DNA of 64,000 nucleotides, taken from assembly GCF_902713615.1 (NCBI RefSeq), contig NC_052155.1, positions 126,133,031 through 126,197,030 of the forward strand, given 5' to 3'. This DNA comes from Scyliorhinus canicula (Eukaryota). Position 1 is the stretch's first letter, and each line of letters begins with the position of its first letter. Positions 1-48,000 of this stretch are shown piece by piece. The notes beneath the pieces were generated by a model. That model saw nothing but the letters and a program-made list of their open reading frames with translations. It was not told where the DNA came from and did not search any database. The position numbers and the translations under genes are program-made.

Positions 1-530
1 CAGCAACGGATGAATGGACACCGCACAACAATCGCCAGGCAGGAGTGTTCTCTTCCAGGCGGGGAACACTTCAGCAGTCAAGGTCATTCAGCCTTCGATC
101 CTCAGGCCAACATTCTCCAAGACGGTTTTCATTACACATGGCGAAACAAAATTGCCGAGGAGAAACTGGTTGCCAGGTTTCACACACATGAGGACGGCCT
201 CAGCCGGGATCTCTGGTTCATGTCACATTACATGTAACCCCCACCATACTGTCGGCTTTGCAGAATCCGACGAACTGTCCTGGCTTGAGATAATTCACAC
301 CTCGATTACCTGTGATTATCACTCACTCCCTCACACAGTCTGTTCCTGTAAAGACTTCCATTCCAACCATTCTTCACATTCTAATCTGTAATTATCTTGC
401 AATTGTGCCTCTCCTCTCTCTGCTGTGTTTGTGGACCTGCCTCCACTTCACCTGACGAAGGAGCAGAGCTCCGAAAGCTTGTGATTTCAAATAAACCTGT
501 TGGACTTTAACCTGGTGTTGTGAGACTTTT
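1..530 (+). mobile_element. Penelope-like retroelement 3' end (GIY-YIG endonuclease C-terminus plus pseudo-LTR)
   Basis: ORF 10..237 (MNGHRTTI...HFSSQGHS...EEKLVARFHTHEDGLSRD) resembles PLE GIY-YIG C-termini; downstream hammerhead motif and AATAAA. Confidence 0.8.
448..484 (+). ncRNA. minimal type I hammerhead ribozyme (Penelope-associated)
   Basis: UCAC-CUGACGA-A-GGAGC-AGA-GCUCC-GAAA-GCU-U-GUGA: stem I UCAC/GUGA, intact CUGANGA and GAAA cores, 5-bp stem II, palindromic AGCU stem III. Confidence 0.75.
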
Positions 531-751
531 TCTGTACATCTGATAGAAGTAATATTCTCCTCCCATGTTATTCCATTGTCCAATAAATAGTCCATCGAGG
601 CAGCATCACAAAGTATCAAATGTATCAATGAAATACGTGTAACAGCTGAAATGTGAAGTATTCTTCCTTTCAAATGACATAGAAGTGGTTTTGTTGCTCT
701 TTCCTCATGACTATCAAAGTCCACTTTGTTTTCATGTTCTTGGTTAAAAGG

Positions 752-2793
752 TGCTCTAGGTGTAGCATAAGCGGCTTCCTTGTGGTGCACTTGACAAAGG
801 AAGGATCAGACGTGGAGATAACTTCAACACATTTATTAAACTATATACACTTCTATAACTTGGGTTTGACGCTACTGCTAATCCTACTATAGCTACTCAG
901 ACTGACTAACCAGACTACTACAATCCACGTGGTGGGAGTGATATCAAGTCATCCCTGTGTCTCTACTCACTGACTGTCTCCACTGGAAAGAGGCAGATCA
1001 TGTGTGTGGTGTCCTTTATATATGAGTTGGTGTAATGCCCTCCTGTGGTCGTGTCAGCTCTGTGTGTATCGTGAATGCCCATTGGTCATGTCCTATATAA
1101 CTGATCTATTGGTTGAATGTGTGTGATGCCTTTAGTGTCTAGCTAGTCTACAAGTATTTACATTAACCCCTTGAGTATTTAGTGATGCACATCACCACAT
1201 CCCCCCCTTTTTTATATGTTGCATATTTTCTGTACACTAAGAAAATTGAACAAGAACAGGTAGATAAGTGATGCTATGTACAAGTTATGAGAACAGTGAT
1301 TAAACAATAAGTCTAAATCATATGTGTGAGTCCAAAACCCATTATCATGGTTGAATGTCATTCTTGTTTGGTTGGTTAGTTTGACGGTGGCATGTCCTTG
1401 TGAACGCCATCAGTGTCCCTGTGCATAAGGAACCAAGAAGTGGTCAAATCACTTTGTTGTCTGATTTGGAGTCTTTTTCTCTTCCGATGCTTGTGATACG
1501 GATGTTGGATGGCATCTGTCCTGAAAGCCAGGTTGCCTGTTGGTAGTGCAGCACACGTGAATTGGGAAGATGCATCTTCCAGCCATGGTATGTGTGAGCT
1601 GAGCAGTAACAGTGTCCCTCATGGGCAGAGTTGTACCATGTCGTACCAGTCGTAGTTCCATTGGTGTAGTCTTTGTCGTTGGTACGCGTCGTGTCGTTGT
1701 CTTTGATGTGGTATTCAGATGTCGTGATGTTGTGTTCGCTGCACTCAAGGACCACACTCTGTGGATAATACGAGTCCGTCGCACAGTTACTCATGTCAGT
1801 GTGTGTTGTGGCATCTGCTGTCACCTTGAGCATGCCGTCACTGAGGTTGCGGCACTCCCTGTCTGGAGTCAAGTCCAGCTTACTCGAATCAGCGTTGGCA
1901 TTTGGTTGCTTCCCATCTGGAGTCAAAACATTCAGGAATGCATTTGCTTGTGGAGAGGCTCGAGCGAGTGAGGTTGGAAGCATCGTGGTGTCACCGGAGT
2001 CACCAGTGGTGTCATAGTGATCGTCTCTGTGCACACTAGCTGAGGTCTGTCACTTTGCACATCTGGCATGGGAAGTGAGATGCTGTTGTCACTCGTCTCA
2101 CATACCGTGGGTAGAGCCTCAGTAGCTGCTTGCTGTTCACTTGGGTTGGGTAAATTGTCAGAGTCTTCATCTGGTGGCGCAAACAATGTGGGTGGACCGT
2201 CATTGTTGTGCTGTTTGCTTGAGCATGGCAGACTTGCATTGTCTGCTGCTAGTTGCTGGTTGTCACTGCTTGCTGAGTTGTAACTATATGGATTGAAACA
2301 GTCACTCCTGTGGTACCATGTCTTGTTATGCTCTAGGTGTAGCATAAGCGGCTTCCTTGTGGTGCACTTGACAAAGGAAGGATCAGAAGTGGAGATAACT
2401 TCAACACGTTTATTAAACTATATACACTTCTATAACTTGGGTTTGACGCTACTGTTAATCCTACTATAGCTACTCAGACTGACTAACCAGACTGCTACAA
2501 TCCATGAGGTGGGAGTGATAGCAAATCAACCCTGTGTCTCTACTCACTGACTGTCTCCACTGGAAAGAGGCAGATCATGTGTGTGGTGTCCTTTATATAT
2601 GGGTTGGTGTAATGCCCTCCTGTGGTCGTGTCACCTCTGTGTGTATCGTGAATGCCCATTGGTCGTGTCCTATCTAACTGATCTATTGGTTCAGTGTGTG
2701 TGTGTGATGTCTCTGGTGCTCCCTCTAGTGTCTAGCTAGTCTACATGTATTTACATTAACCCTTGTGTATTTACAGTGATGCACTTTACCACA
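752..2793 (-). mobile_element. non-autonomous LTR retrotransposon (two 450-470 bp LTRs, ~1.1 kb internal region)
   Basis: Direct repeats 752-1199 and 2324-2793 (minus strand TGTGGT...TAACA); PBS TGGTACCACAGGAGTG at 2303-2318; polypurine tract A6G7A at 1200-1213; no gag/pol motifs inside. Confidence 0.85.
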
Positions 2794-3202
2794 ACACAGT
2801 TGATTCAGTCTGGGAAACTTGGTCAAGGCTGTTGCTTGCAGGCAATCCTTGGGATTTTCAAAGTCAACTAGGTATACACTGTATCTCGAGACAAAATCCT
2901 TTTATCATACTTCTATAACATAGTTTCATCATCCTTTCATGTTCTTTAGAATCAGTGAATGCAAACTCCAGACAGAGAATTAGCAATCACATTACTTTTT
3001 CCTGTAACATGTATAATCTTTAGGATAAATGGTTGTAGCATTAAATTCCAGTGGAAGAATCTGACGTTTTTTTTATCAGAATTTCCTCTTAAAAACCTCA
3101 AAGGTATGGTCAGTATAAATTACTATTTCCCATTTATTGTTAGTAGCATATACCTCAAACCTTTGGAAAGCCAATGCAAGACTCAAAAACCTTATTCTCA
3201 TT

Positions 3203-3388
3203 TTTAAAACAAAATTCCAATTAAGGGGCAATTTAGTGTGGCCAATCCATCTACCCTGCACATCTTTGGGTTGTGCGGTGAGACCCACCCAGACACTGGG
3301 AGAATGTGTAAACTCCACACGGACGGTGACTCGGGGCTGGGATCAGACCTGGGGTCCTTGGCACCAGTGCTAACCACTGTGCCACTGG
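3203..3388 (-). mobile_element. HE1/V-type tRNA-derived SINE (short A-rich tail type)
   Basis: tRNA-like head, V-core (GTTTACACATTCTCCC...GATGTGCAGGGTAGATGGATTGGCCAC...AAATTGCCCCTTAATTGG). Confidence 0.8.
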
Positions 3389-3449
3389 GCCACTCTCCTC
3401 TTCTCAGTTGTTGAGGACTTCTTTGGTACTTAAGTAGTCTGGAGAAAGT

Positions 3450-5720
3450 GACCAATTGTTCTTTGAGTAATATCGCTCCTACCCCCAGCTTACTAGCGTC
3501 AGTCGTCTCTTTGAATTACCTATTGAAATTTGGTGCAGCCAACCTGGGCCCATTTACTAATACAGCCGATCACCCCTCAAAGGCTATCTGACAGACCTCT
3601 GTCCAGTTGATTTTCACATTTTTCCACAATAAATGTGTCAATGGAGTAACTACTGTAGTGAGGTTAGGAACAAACGTCCAAAAGAACTTAAACATTCTGA
3701 GAAATTGTAGTATTTGCTTTTACATCTTGGGGATAGGAAAGTATATTATTGCCTGGACTTTAGCTTCCCTTAACAACATTCACTCCTGATCTATAACATG
3801 TCCCAGATAAGTGACTTTGGCAAAATCACTCTTCACAAAGTATATCACGAGATCAGCCTTTTTTAGCCTGCCAAACAAAGCTCTTAAATGTTTAATATGA
3901 TCTTCCCAAGTGCCACTGTACACCAATAGGTCAGCAGTATACACAACACGTTTGCTTAATCCTTTGTGATTGGCAATCATGTTAGTGAACGTCTGAAATA
4001 TAGATGGTGAATTCTTTAGACCAAAGACTTGGCTTAACATTGGAACAGGTCACCTGCGGTTGCAAAACCAGAGATCTCCTTGGCCTGATCTGTCAAAGGA
4101 ACCTGCCAATAACCTTTAAGTAAATTCATCTTATAGCAATGGCTGGGTCCCAAACTCTCTGAATATAATCCTCAAGTTGTGGGGTTGATAGGAATTAATC
4201 TTAGTTACTGCATTAAGTTTTCCATAATCAGAACCATTGCATTTTGTACCAGCATGACTGGAGAACTTTGATTTGGTTGAATGATATCTTTGTCTAACAT
4301 AAATTAAATTTCCTTCCTGATTTGAGCCAGTTTACCAGGATTGAGTTTATAAAGGTTCTGTTTAATGGGCATAGCATCCCCTACATTAACTTCCTGAACA
4401 GACAGACCAATCTGATTTGATTTACACTGACTCATTCTTTTAACAACACTGCTTTGTCCTCCTTCTGTTTCTCAGGAAGATAGTGTACGAGTTTATCTAA
4501 GCTCTTCAACACCTCTGCATTTGCTAATTTTATCAGGGGGGCCTTGATTTGAGAACACATGGTCTCTGACGCATCCTCCAGATCATCAGATTTATCTCTT
4601 TCGTCATCTCCATCCCTTGCCACTTGGTACACACTTATTCACATTGATGTTTCCTGTTATCTAGGGAACTGATTGCATAGTTTTTTAGAATATAATAAAG
4701 TCCACTAAACCTAACCTGCGGTGGTTCGCCAGGCAAAGAGAGCAAAACTAGTACCTTCCTCCCAAGTTTAAAATATGGGTCTCTGCTGTTCTATTCACTC
4801 GGTTCTTCATCACTTGCTGGAACTACCCGCATTTTTAAAAGTCTGTCTTGGAACTTGAACACCTAATCTAAAGATGGTAATTTCCTCTCCTTGCATCAGA
4901 AATCTTCCCTTAATTAGTTTAAGGGGTCCTCTACTTCATTTCCATGGACTAGCTCAAAGGGACAATAACTAGTTGACTCATTTGGTGCAAATAATAAAAA
5001 TGATATATCTTTATCCCCAATTCTGGGGATACCCAAGGCAATAGGCTTGGATCATGGTCTTTAGTGTTTGGTTAAATCTTTCCAGACCACACTGGGACTG
5101 TGGATAATAAGCAGACAATTTAAGCTACTTGACTCCTAGGTTACATAGGATTTCCTGGATAACATGAGACATGAAATCTGACCTGGCCAGATTAAACTTT
5201 TCTTGGCAACTCATACTTAATAAAGATTTGGATCAACCCCTCAATTACAACCTTTCTAATGGAAAGCCTCTAGGAATGGAGATGACAAATCCATGAAAGT
5301 TGAGAGATATTTATACCTTGATTTGAGTTTGAGCAAAGGTTCAACACAGTCCACCAATCATTGAAGCAGGTATCAATGGGACTGGTTTGTTTGAAGCAGG
5401 TGTCAATGGGACTGGTTTGTTTGATGGCTGTGGCTTCTCGGACGAGTCATCAATGGCATATCCTACAAAATTCAACTACATCCCATACAACCCTGGTCAA
5501 GCGAAGTGCCTCATTGCATGAGTGTTTTGAGCACCCAAACAGCCTGCCTTCTGAATTTCATGAACAATCCTTTTGGACAATCCTTTTTTATATGTCTCAT
5601 TTTGTTTCTTTTTAGAAGCTGGAACCTCTGTGCATTCCTTGAGGTTTGCTATTCTGTCGTCTGTGTACATGTCTCGAACCATCAGTGTCCCCTCATCCTG
5701 TCTCCAACTTTTGACGGTGA
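3450..5720 (-). mobile_element. degraded Gypsy-superfamily pol of Gmr1 type (integrase, then RT, then RNase H)
   Basis: Minus strand: IN zinc-finger remnant (~5700-5400), IN core LVDCVEPL..YPQSQCGLERFNQTLKTMI (~5350-4900), linker, RT FGLKNSPSIFQ..VYTADLLVYSGTWEDHIKHL (4040-3780); many stops and frameshifts. Confidence 0.8.
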
Positions 5721-5879
5721 CGTCCATTGTTGCAGGCGTGAACCTGTGGTTGGTACAGATGGGAGCCATAGTGGACTTTTCAGTTAGACCAAAGTGCTGT
5801 CTTATCTGGTAGCACATTCAGAGCGTGGCTACTACCACTGGGCCTCTTGAGTACTTGGTCAGAACAGTGGGGGTGCGAT

Positions 5880-8005
5880 CGTGATTAGGGGTCGGAGAGA
5901 TGTCCCAATGCAGGAATTCACCTCGCTCCTCACCCATTCTGCTCCCGGTTCCTTCACTTATCCCCTTACTCTCTGCTGTGGCCGCTCAGTGGTAGAACTG
6001 CAGGGTTTGGGAGGGCCAGCCTCGCGTATTTCTTCTCCTTTGTATGATTTTTTTTTGATCCTCAGGTAGTCGTGTCCCCCCCCCCCGCCGCAAACACGCA
6101 CACACAAACGCAATGATTAGTTTGTCTTCTGTGCTGAAGAAGGCCATGTGGGTGTAGATCATGAGGAATATGAAGAGGAACTTGGGCAGTACTTCATTTT
6201 GATTATCTACACTCTCCCCGCTTGTGGGAGTGGGACCCATCGCTGCAGACTCATCAGGTTCCATTTGTGGATCCGTGTCCAGTCGTGGACTATTTGGATT
6301 CCAAGGTAGTGGAATTTGGTGGTCATGGGAGCACTGCACAGTAGTTTCACCCAAGAGATGAACCCTGGCCCATGCCCAAACCGCCCCAGTACCTCCATGA
6401 GGTGCTTTCACTCAACTCTGTCGAAGGCCTTTTCAGCATCCAGGGAAATGTTCACTCTGGTGTTCTCTCCCTGGATGGGGCCATTGTCACGTTCAGCAAG
6501 CGCCTGATGTTCAATATTAGTTGCCTGCCCTTGACAAAGCCTGTCTGGTCCTCCGCAACCACCTCTGGTATGCAGCTCCCCAGCCGCTTAGCCAGGGGTT
6601 TTTGCCAGGATTTTTGCGTCTACATTGAGCAGGAAGATGGGCCTGTAGGACCTGCACTCAGTCGGGCCTTTGTCCTTTTTGGGTATCAGTAATATTGAGA
6701 CTTGTGCTAGTGTTGTGGCAGGGAGCCCTTTACCAACAAGTCTGCAAATATCTTCTGCATGTGTGGAGCCAATGCTGTCACAAATTTGTTGTAAAGGTCC
6801 TCCGGGAATCCATCTGGCCCTGGAGCCATCCCTGCCTGCATGGAGTTGATACTCTCAATGGCCTCTCCCAGTTCGAATGGTGCTTCCATGCCCCGTCTCC
6901 TATCTTCTCCCACAACCGGCATGGGGTATCTGGTTCAGTGCTTATTACGTTGTTTCTTCCCAGCCCATGTTTGTGGACAAAGTCATCTGCCTCCGCCGGT
7001 GCGGTGATACAGAGCTTGGCTGGGTACAGCATTCCAAACTGCACATTGTTTTTATAAAGGGCCTCCTAGGCTTTGTTAAATTTTGCCCAGCGCTCGGTCG
7101 GATCCGTCCTGATGTCCTGAAACACCTGGATCGAGTGACCCTTCCAGTTGCAGGACCTGGTGTGCCTCGCCCAATTTAAGATCCTTTCCTGGTCTTGGTA
7201 CCGGTGCAGCTTTGCGATAATGAACTGTCTGTTCCCTGGCCTTGTGCTTTGGCTGGAGTGACCTGTGACCTCTGTCTACTTCTGAAGGTTTCTGGAAGAT
7301 TTCCCTTCCCATCAGTTTGCCTAACATCTGTAGGGTTCCTGCCTGGCTATGTATTCCGTAGGGTTTCTGCCCTCGGTTCCCTCCAGTAGGCCCACTATGC
7401 ATAGGTTCTGCCGGTACAACCAGTTTTTTTGATCCTGGACCTTCCCCTTTAGTGTCCCTTGCGTCACCACCAACCTTGCCATTTCCGTCCTTCGTACGGC
7501 GATCCGGTTGCTCTGGTCAGTCGAGGCCTTCTCCAGCTTCCTGATCATCGCTTCCTGAGTCTCCAGCCGCCTTTCTGCATTTTTCAGTGCCACCTGCAGG
7601 GTGACCAGTGCCTCCACCACTTCAACCTTCGCCATCATCTCTAGCTTAATGGCTTCTATGAGTTCCTGAAGTTCCTGCTTTAGGAACTCCCTCCATTCAT
7701 TCATTTTTTGGGGGTGAGGGGAAGAAACCTTGCCTGTGGTCTGGTGGTCCTTCCCGTTCAGGTTTGGCCAGGATCTTGGCCATTACATCAGTCCTTCTGT
7801 CCAGGCTTTTGCTACTGTTGCTGTCTTTTGGGCCCCTGGAGCTGCTGCTTGGCATGTCTTGTCCTGCTAGTGTTGAAGGAGGGTGAGAGGTTTTTCTCCC
7901 TGCTTTAGTGGGATAATTTGGGTTTAAAGTGCCAAAATTCAAGTTTCCAGGAGGAGAGCCACCATTCGTGCGTCTGGTCAACACATCCCCGTCACCGGAA
8001 ATCAC
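5880..8005 (-). mobile_element. L1-clade LINE, internally deleted and degraded
   Basis: ORF1 coiled coil plus RQNLCIVGLLEGTEG motif (7704-7321); RT fragment EAIESINSMQAGMAPGPDGFPEDLYNKF (6922-6707); no APE domain between them. Confidence 0.8.
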
Positions 8006-9335
8006 ACTTCACTCTCAGGGAACCTGGGCACTGCTCAGCACTCTGTTGGGGGTGGGCTCAGCCTTCAGGGTGACCGATCTGTTGTTATTGCCATCATTCT
8101 AGCAGAAACAAGAACAAATGAGAATTATTCAGCATCCGTAAAATAAAGTTTAAAATATATTATTGTGTTAACATAAAGTATGTGTGCATTCCCAAATTCT
8201 GTAACATTTGAAAATATGTGAAGAGCTAAATAATAATTTTGAACTATACTTAACATAAGTAACAGCAGGTCAGACAGATTTGCAAATTTCTAGTTTCTAT
8301 CGTGTGATGATGAAATGCCAATATAACAAAAAACCCAGTTGCCCATTTATAAGTTTATAAAATTCCATCACCCTAATAAACCTATCGAAAATCATTTTCT
8401 CTGCCTATATTGTCCTTTTAGGTTGTTCTGACTCCTTTTTAGTTTGCTTTTCAAACTTTGGATTTGCTTCTTTGTAATGCAAACTATATTTTCCATTCCT
8501 TACTTTGAATACATTTTAATCTGTAATTGCATAACTCACATTTTATTTTGGAGGTGGAAGTCTTTTTTTTTCAAACAAGAGCTGAAAGTTAGCTTTCTAA
8601 GCTAATGAAATCCAAAGGACTGCTAACTGAAATTGCGAATAGTACTATTGAGAAACCAACGCTTGAAGCATGGAGCAAAAATATGCCGGCATGAATGAAC
8701 TTGTCTGTAGAGCGCATTGCATAAATTTTAAATCAAGTTATAATAGTTACTGATCCAGAGGTGTGTGTACTAAAATCCTGAAAAAAAGCAAAGTATTTAA
8801 TTTAAACTGAATAAATCGAGCTACAGTTCAGATTTATTTATGACTAATGAATTAAGCGAAACAGTATTGAAAATTGGCAAGTAACGACCTTTCAGAAATG
8901 TATTCATACTGCATTTTCAATTAGTCATTAGTTTAAATAGCTGTATTTTGTACAATGATTTGAGGGGGGGGGGGGGAAATAGTGCGGACTCCACACACAC
9001 ACACACACAGTCACCTGAGGCCGGAATTGAACCCGGGACTCTGGAGTTGTGAGGTAGCTGTGCTAGCCACCGTGCCGCCTATCTATTGATTAAGTTTTTG
9101 TGTTATTTTCATCCCTTTGCATATTTTGTAAAATAGTAATGATTCTATGAAAATGATAAACTTAACAAATTTTTGTTAAGTCCATTTCTGTGACAGATGA
9201 CCGACCAACTCAGCGTTGGTCCCATGCTGTAGATGGCACATTAGAGAATTTTGTCTTTTTCGGGAAGGATGTGTTTAAGTAATTCTGATTAAGTAAGAAA
9301 TGCAAATGAGTAACCAGATTTATATATATATATGT

Positions 9336-9546
9336 TGTTAGGTTCTGCAGTATCTGGAAAGTGAATTTTCTCTTGTTTTTACTTTGGTCACTTTTTCTCT
9401 GTCACCGTCTATTTTTCCACTTGGACTGTGTGTGATAGCAGACTGTGCAGTCATAGAAAGTGTAATGATATGTATATTAACTGGTATGTAAAGAGTTAAC
9501 AAGTTAATGATAATGCTTCTTACCACTAGAGTGAACCACCGAACAG

Positions 9547-9581
<35 letters not shown>

Positions 9582-9827
9582 GTGACTGGGGATTCTGGAA
9601 GTTACAAGTTAAGAGAGAGCTGGATAAGATAGTGAGGCATGAGAGAGAGAGCAGTTGTACTTGAGAAAGTCTTCATAGTTTCATAGAAAAACCTTCTGCT
9701 TGAGGAATGTGAATGAATCTTAGTTAGTAGTGTAATAAATTTATTGTTTTATTTGTTAACAAAGCTTTGTGTTTATTCAACACTACGCATCTGAGCCATC
9801 CAGGTAAAGCAAAATAGAGAACACAAC
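9336..9827 (+). mobile_element. possible solo LTR with internal (TA)n
   Basis: TGTT...AACA ends, (TA)n at ~9549-9578, AATAAA at ~9734; no clear TSD. Confidence 0.35.
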
Positions 9828-10225
9828 AGAAAGGTGTCACAGATGAGCCAAAATTTGTTCTTATAACACTGACATGCACATCCTAGGCAAGTTTATAGAA
9901 CCATAGGAGTTGACAGCCCTAAAGGAGGCATTTGACTACCTGTGTCAATTCTTTGTTCCAGCTGCCTCCCACTTTTTTGTTTTCCTCCTGGAGGCCAGTA
10001 CATTTGTCTACTTCAAATGTCTATCCTCTTTTCCTTCAAAATATGCAGTGGTCTCTGCACCAGTTGTTCTCCATGGTAAAGTATTCTATCCTTCAACAAC
10101 TTTGGCTGAAAGATCCATGAGTTCTGATGCCGATTGTAGCTCGCGAACTGCTTAGATCAGCTAATTCAGTGCGTACTGGAAATCTAGAATTTTCCTCATC
10201 TGTATACTGCTCAATGGATAAACTC

Positions 10226-10308
10226 ATTGAATTATCAAGCGACTGAAGTTGAATCTAATTCTTTATTGAATTATCAAGTGACTGAAGTTGAATACAATTC
10301 TTTATTGA
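10226..10308. repeat. 39-bp tandem duplication
   Basis: attgaattatcaagYgactgaagttgaatNNaattcttt twice. Confidence 0.85.
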
Positions 10309-10330
10309 TGTCCTCACTTGGGCTTGCTGA

Positions 10331-47295
<36,965 letters not shown>

Positions 47296-47802
47296 ACAAA
47301 ATATTGTGTGAATACAAAGCAGAGCACTACAACAGCCACACCTGTATCATATTTACAAATAAATTATTTTGGGTAGTTCTTTTCTGTTTTGGGCTTTGAT
47401 AGTTGGATTCTGAATTCTGTAGTCTTTTTCCTGTCATAATGCTACAAAAATGGTAGATCTTAAATTTATATGCATATTTCTCTATCAGCAATCATCAGAA
47501 ACCTTTATTGATAAGATCTGCTTTGGAGAGTTTGTACCAGCTCTAAGCTTAGCTGTGGATGCCCCTGATTGTATTCCTCTGGTAGATGGAGGCCACTTTG
47601 GCTTAAAACAAAAAAACAGTAAATAAGGTCTTGCTATCTACCAATGACTTCTTAAAATTTCACTTCAGTTTTCAAAAACATTTTCCTTCAGCGTTATTTG
47701 GTTATTTTTCTGTAGTTAATCGGCTTAGCACATGTGTATTACAATTTAGACCTCGTCAGCTAAGACTAATTTTCTGCTGTTAATCACTTAAGCACACATG
47801 TA

Positions 47803-48000
47803 TATAAAAGCAAATTACCGTGGATGCTGGAATCTGAAACAAAAACAGAAAAAACTGGACAATCTCAGCAGGTCTGACAGCACCTGTGGAGAGAAAAGAG
47901 AGACAACGTTTCAAGTCTGGATGACTCTTTGTCAACGATGAGCTTTGACAGATGCTGCCAGACCTGCTGAGATTGTCCAGTATTTTCTGTTTTTGTTACA
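47803..48000. mobile_element. Penelope-derived fold-back element downstream of the mib1 stop
   Basis: Same family as 10985-11226; perfect 10-bp TSD cacacatgta (47793-47802 / 48001-48010); right arm carries a 45-nt deletion. Confidence 0.85.
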
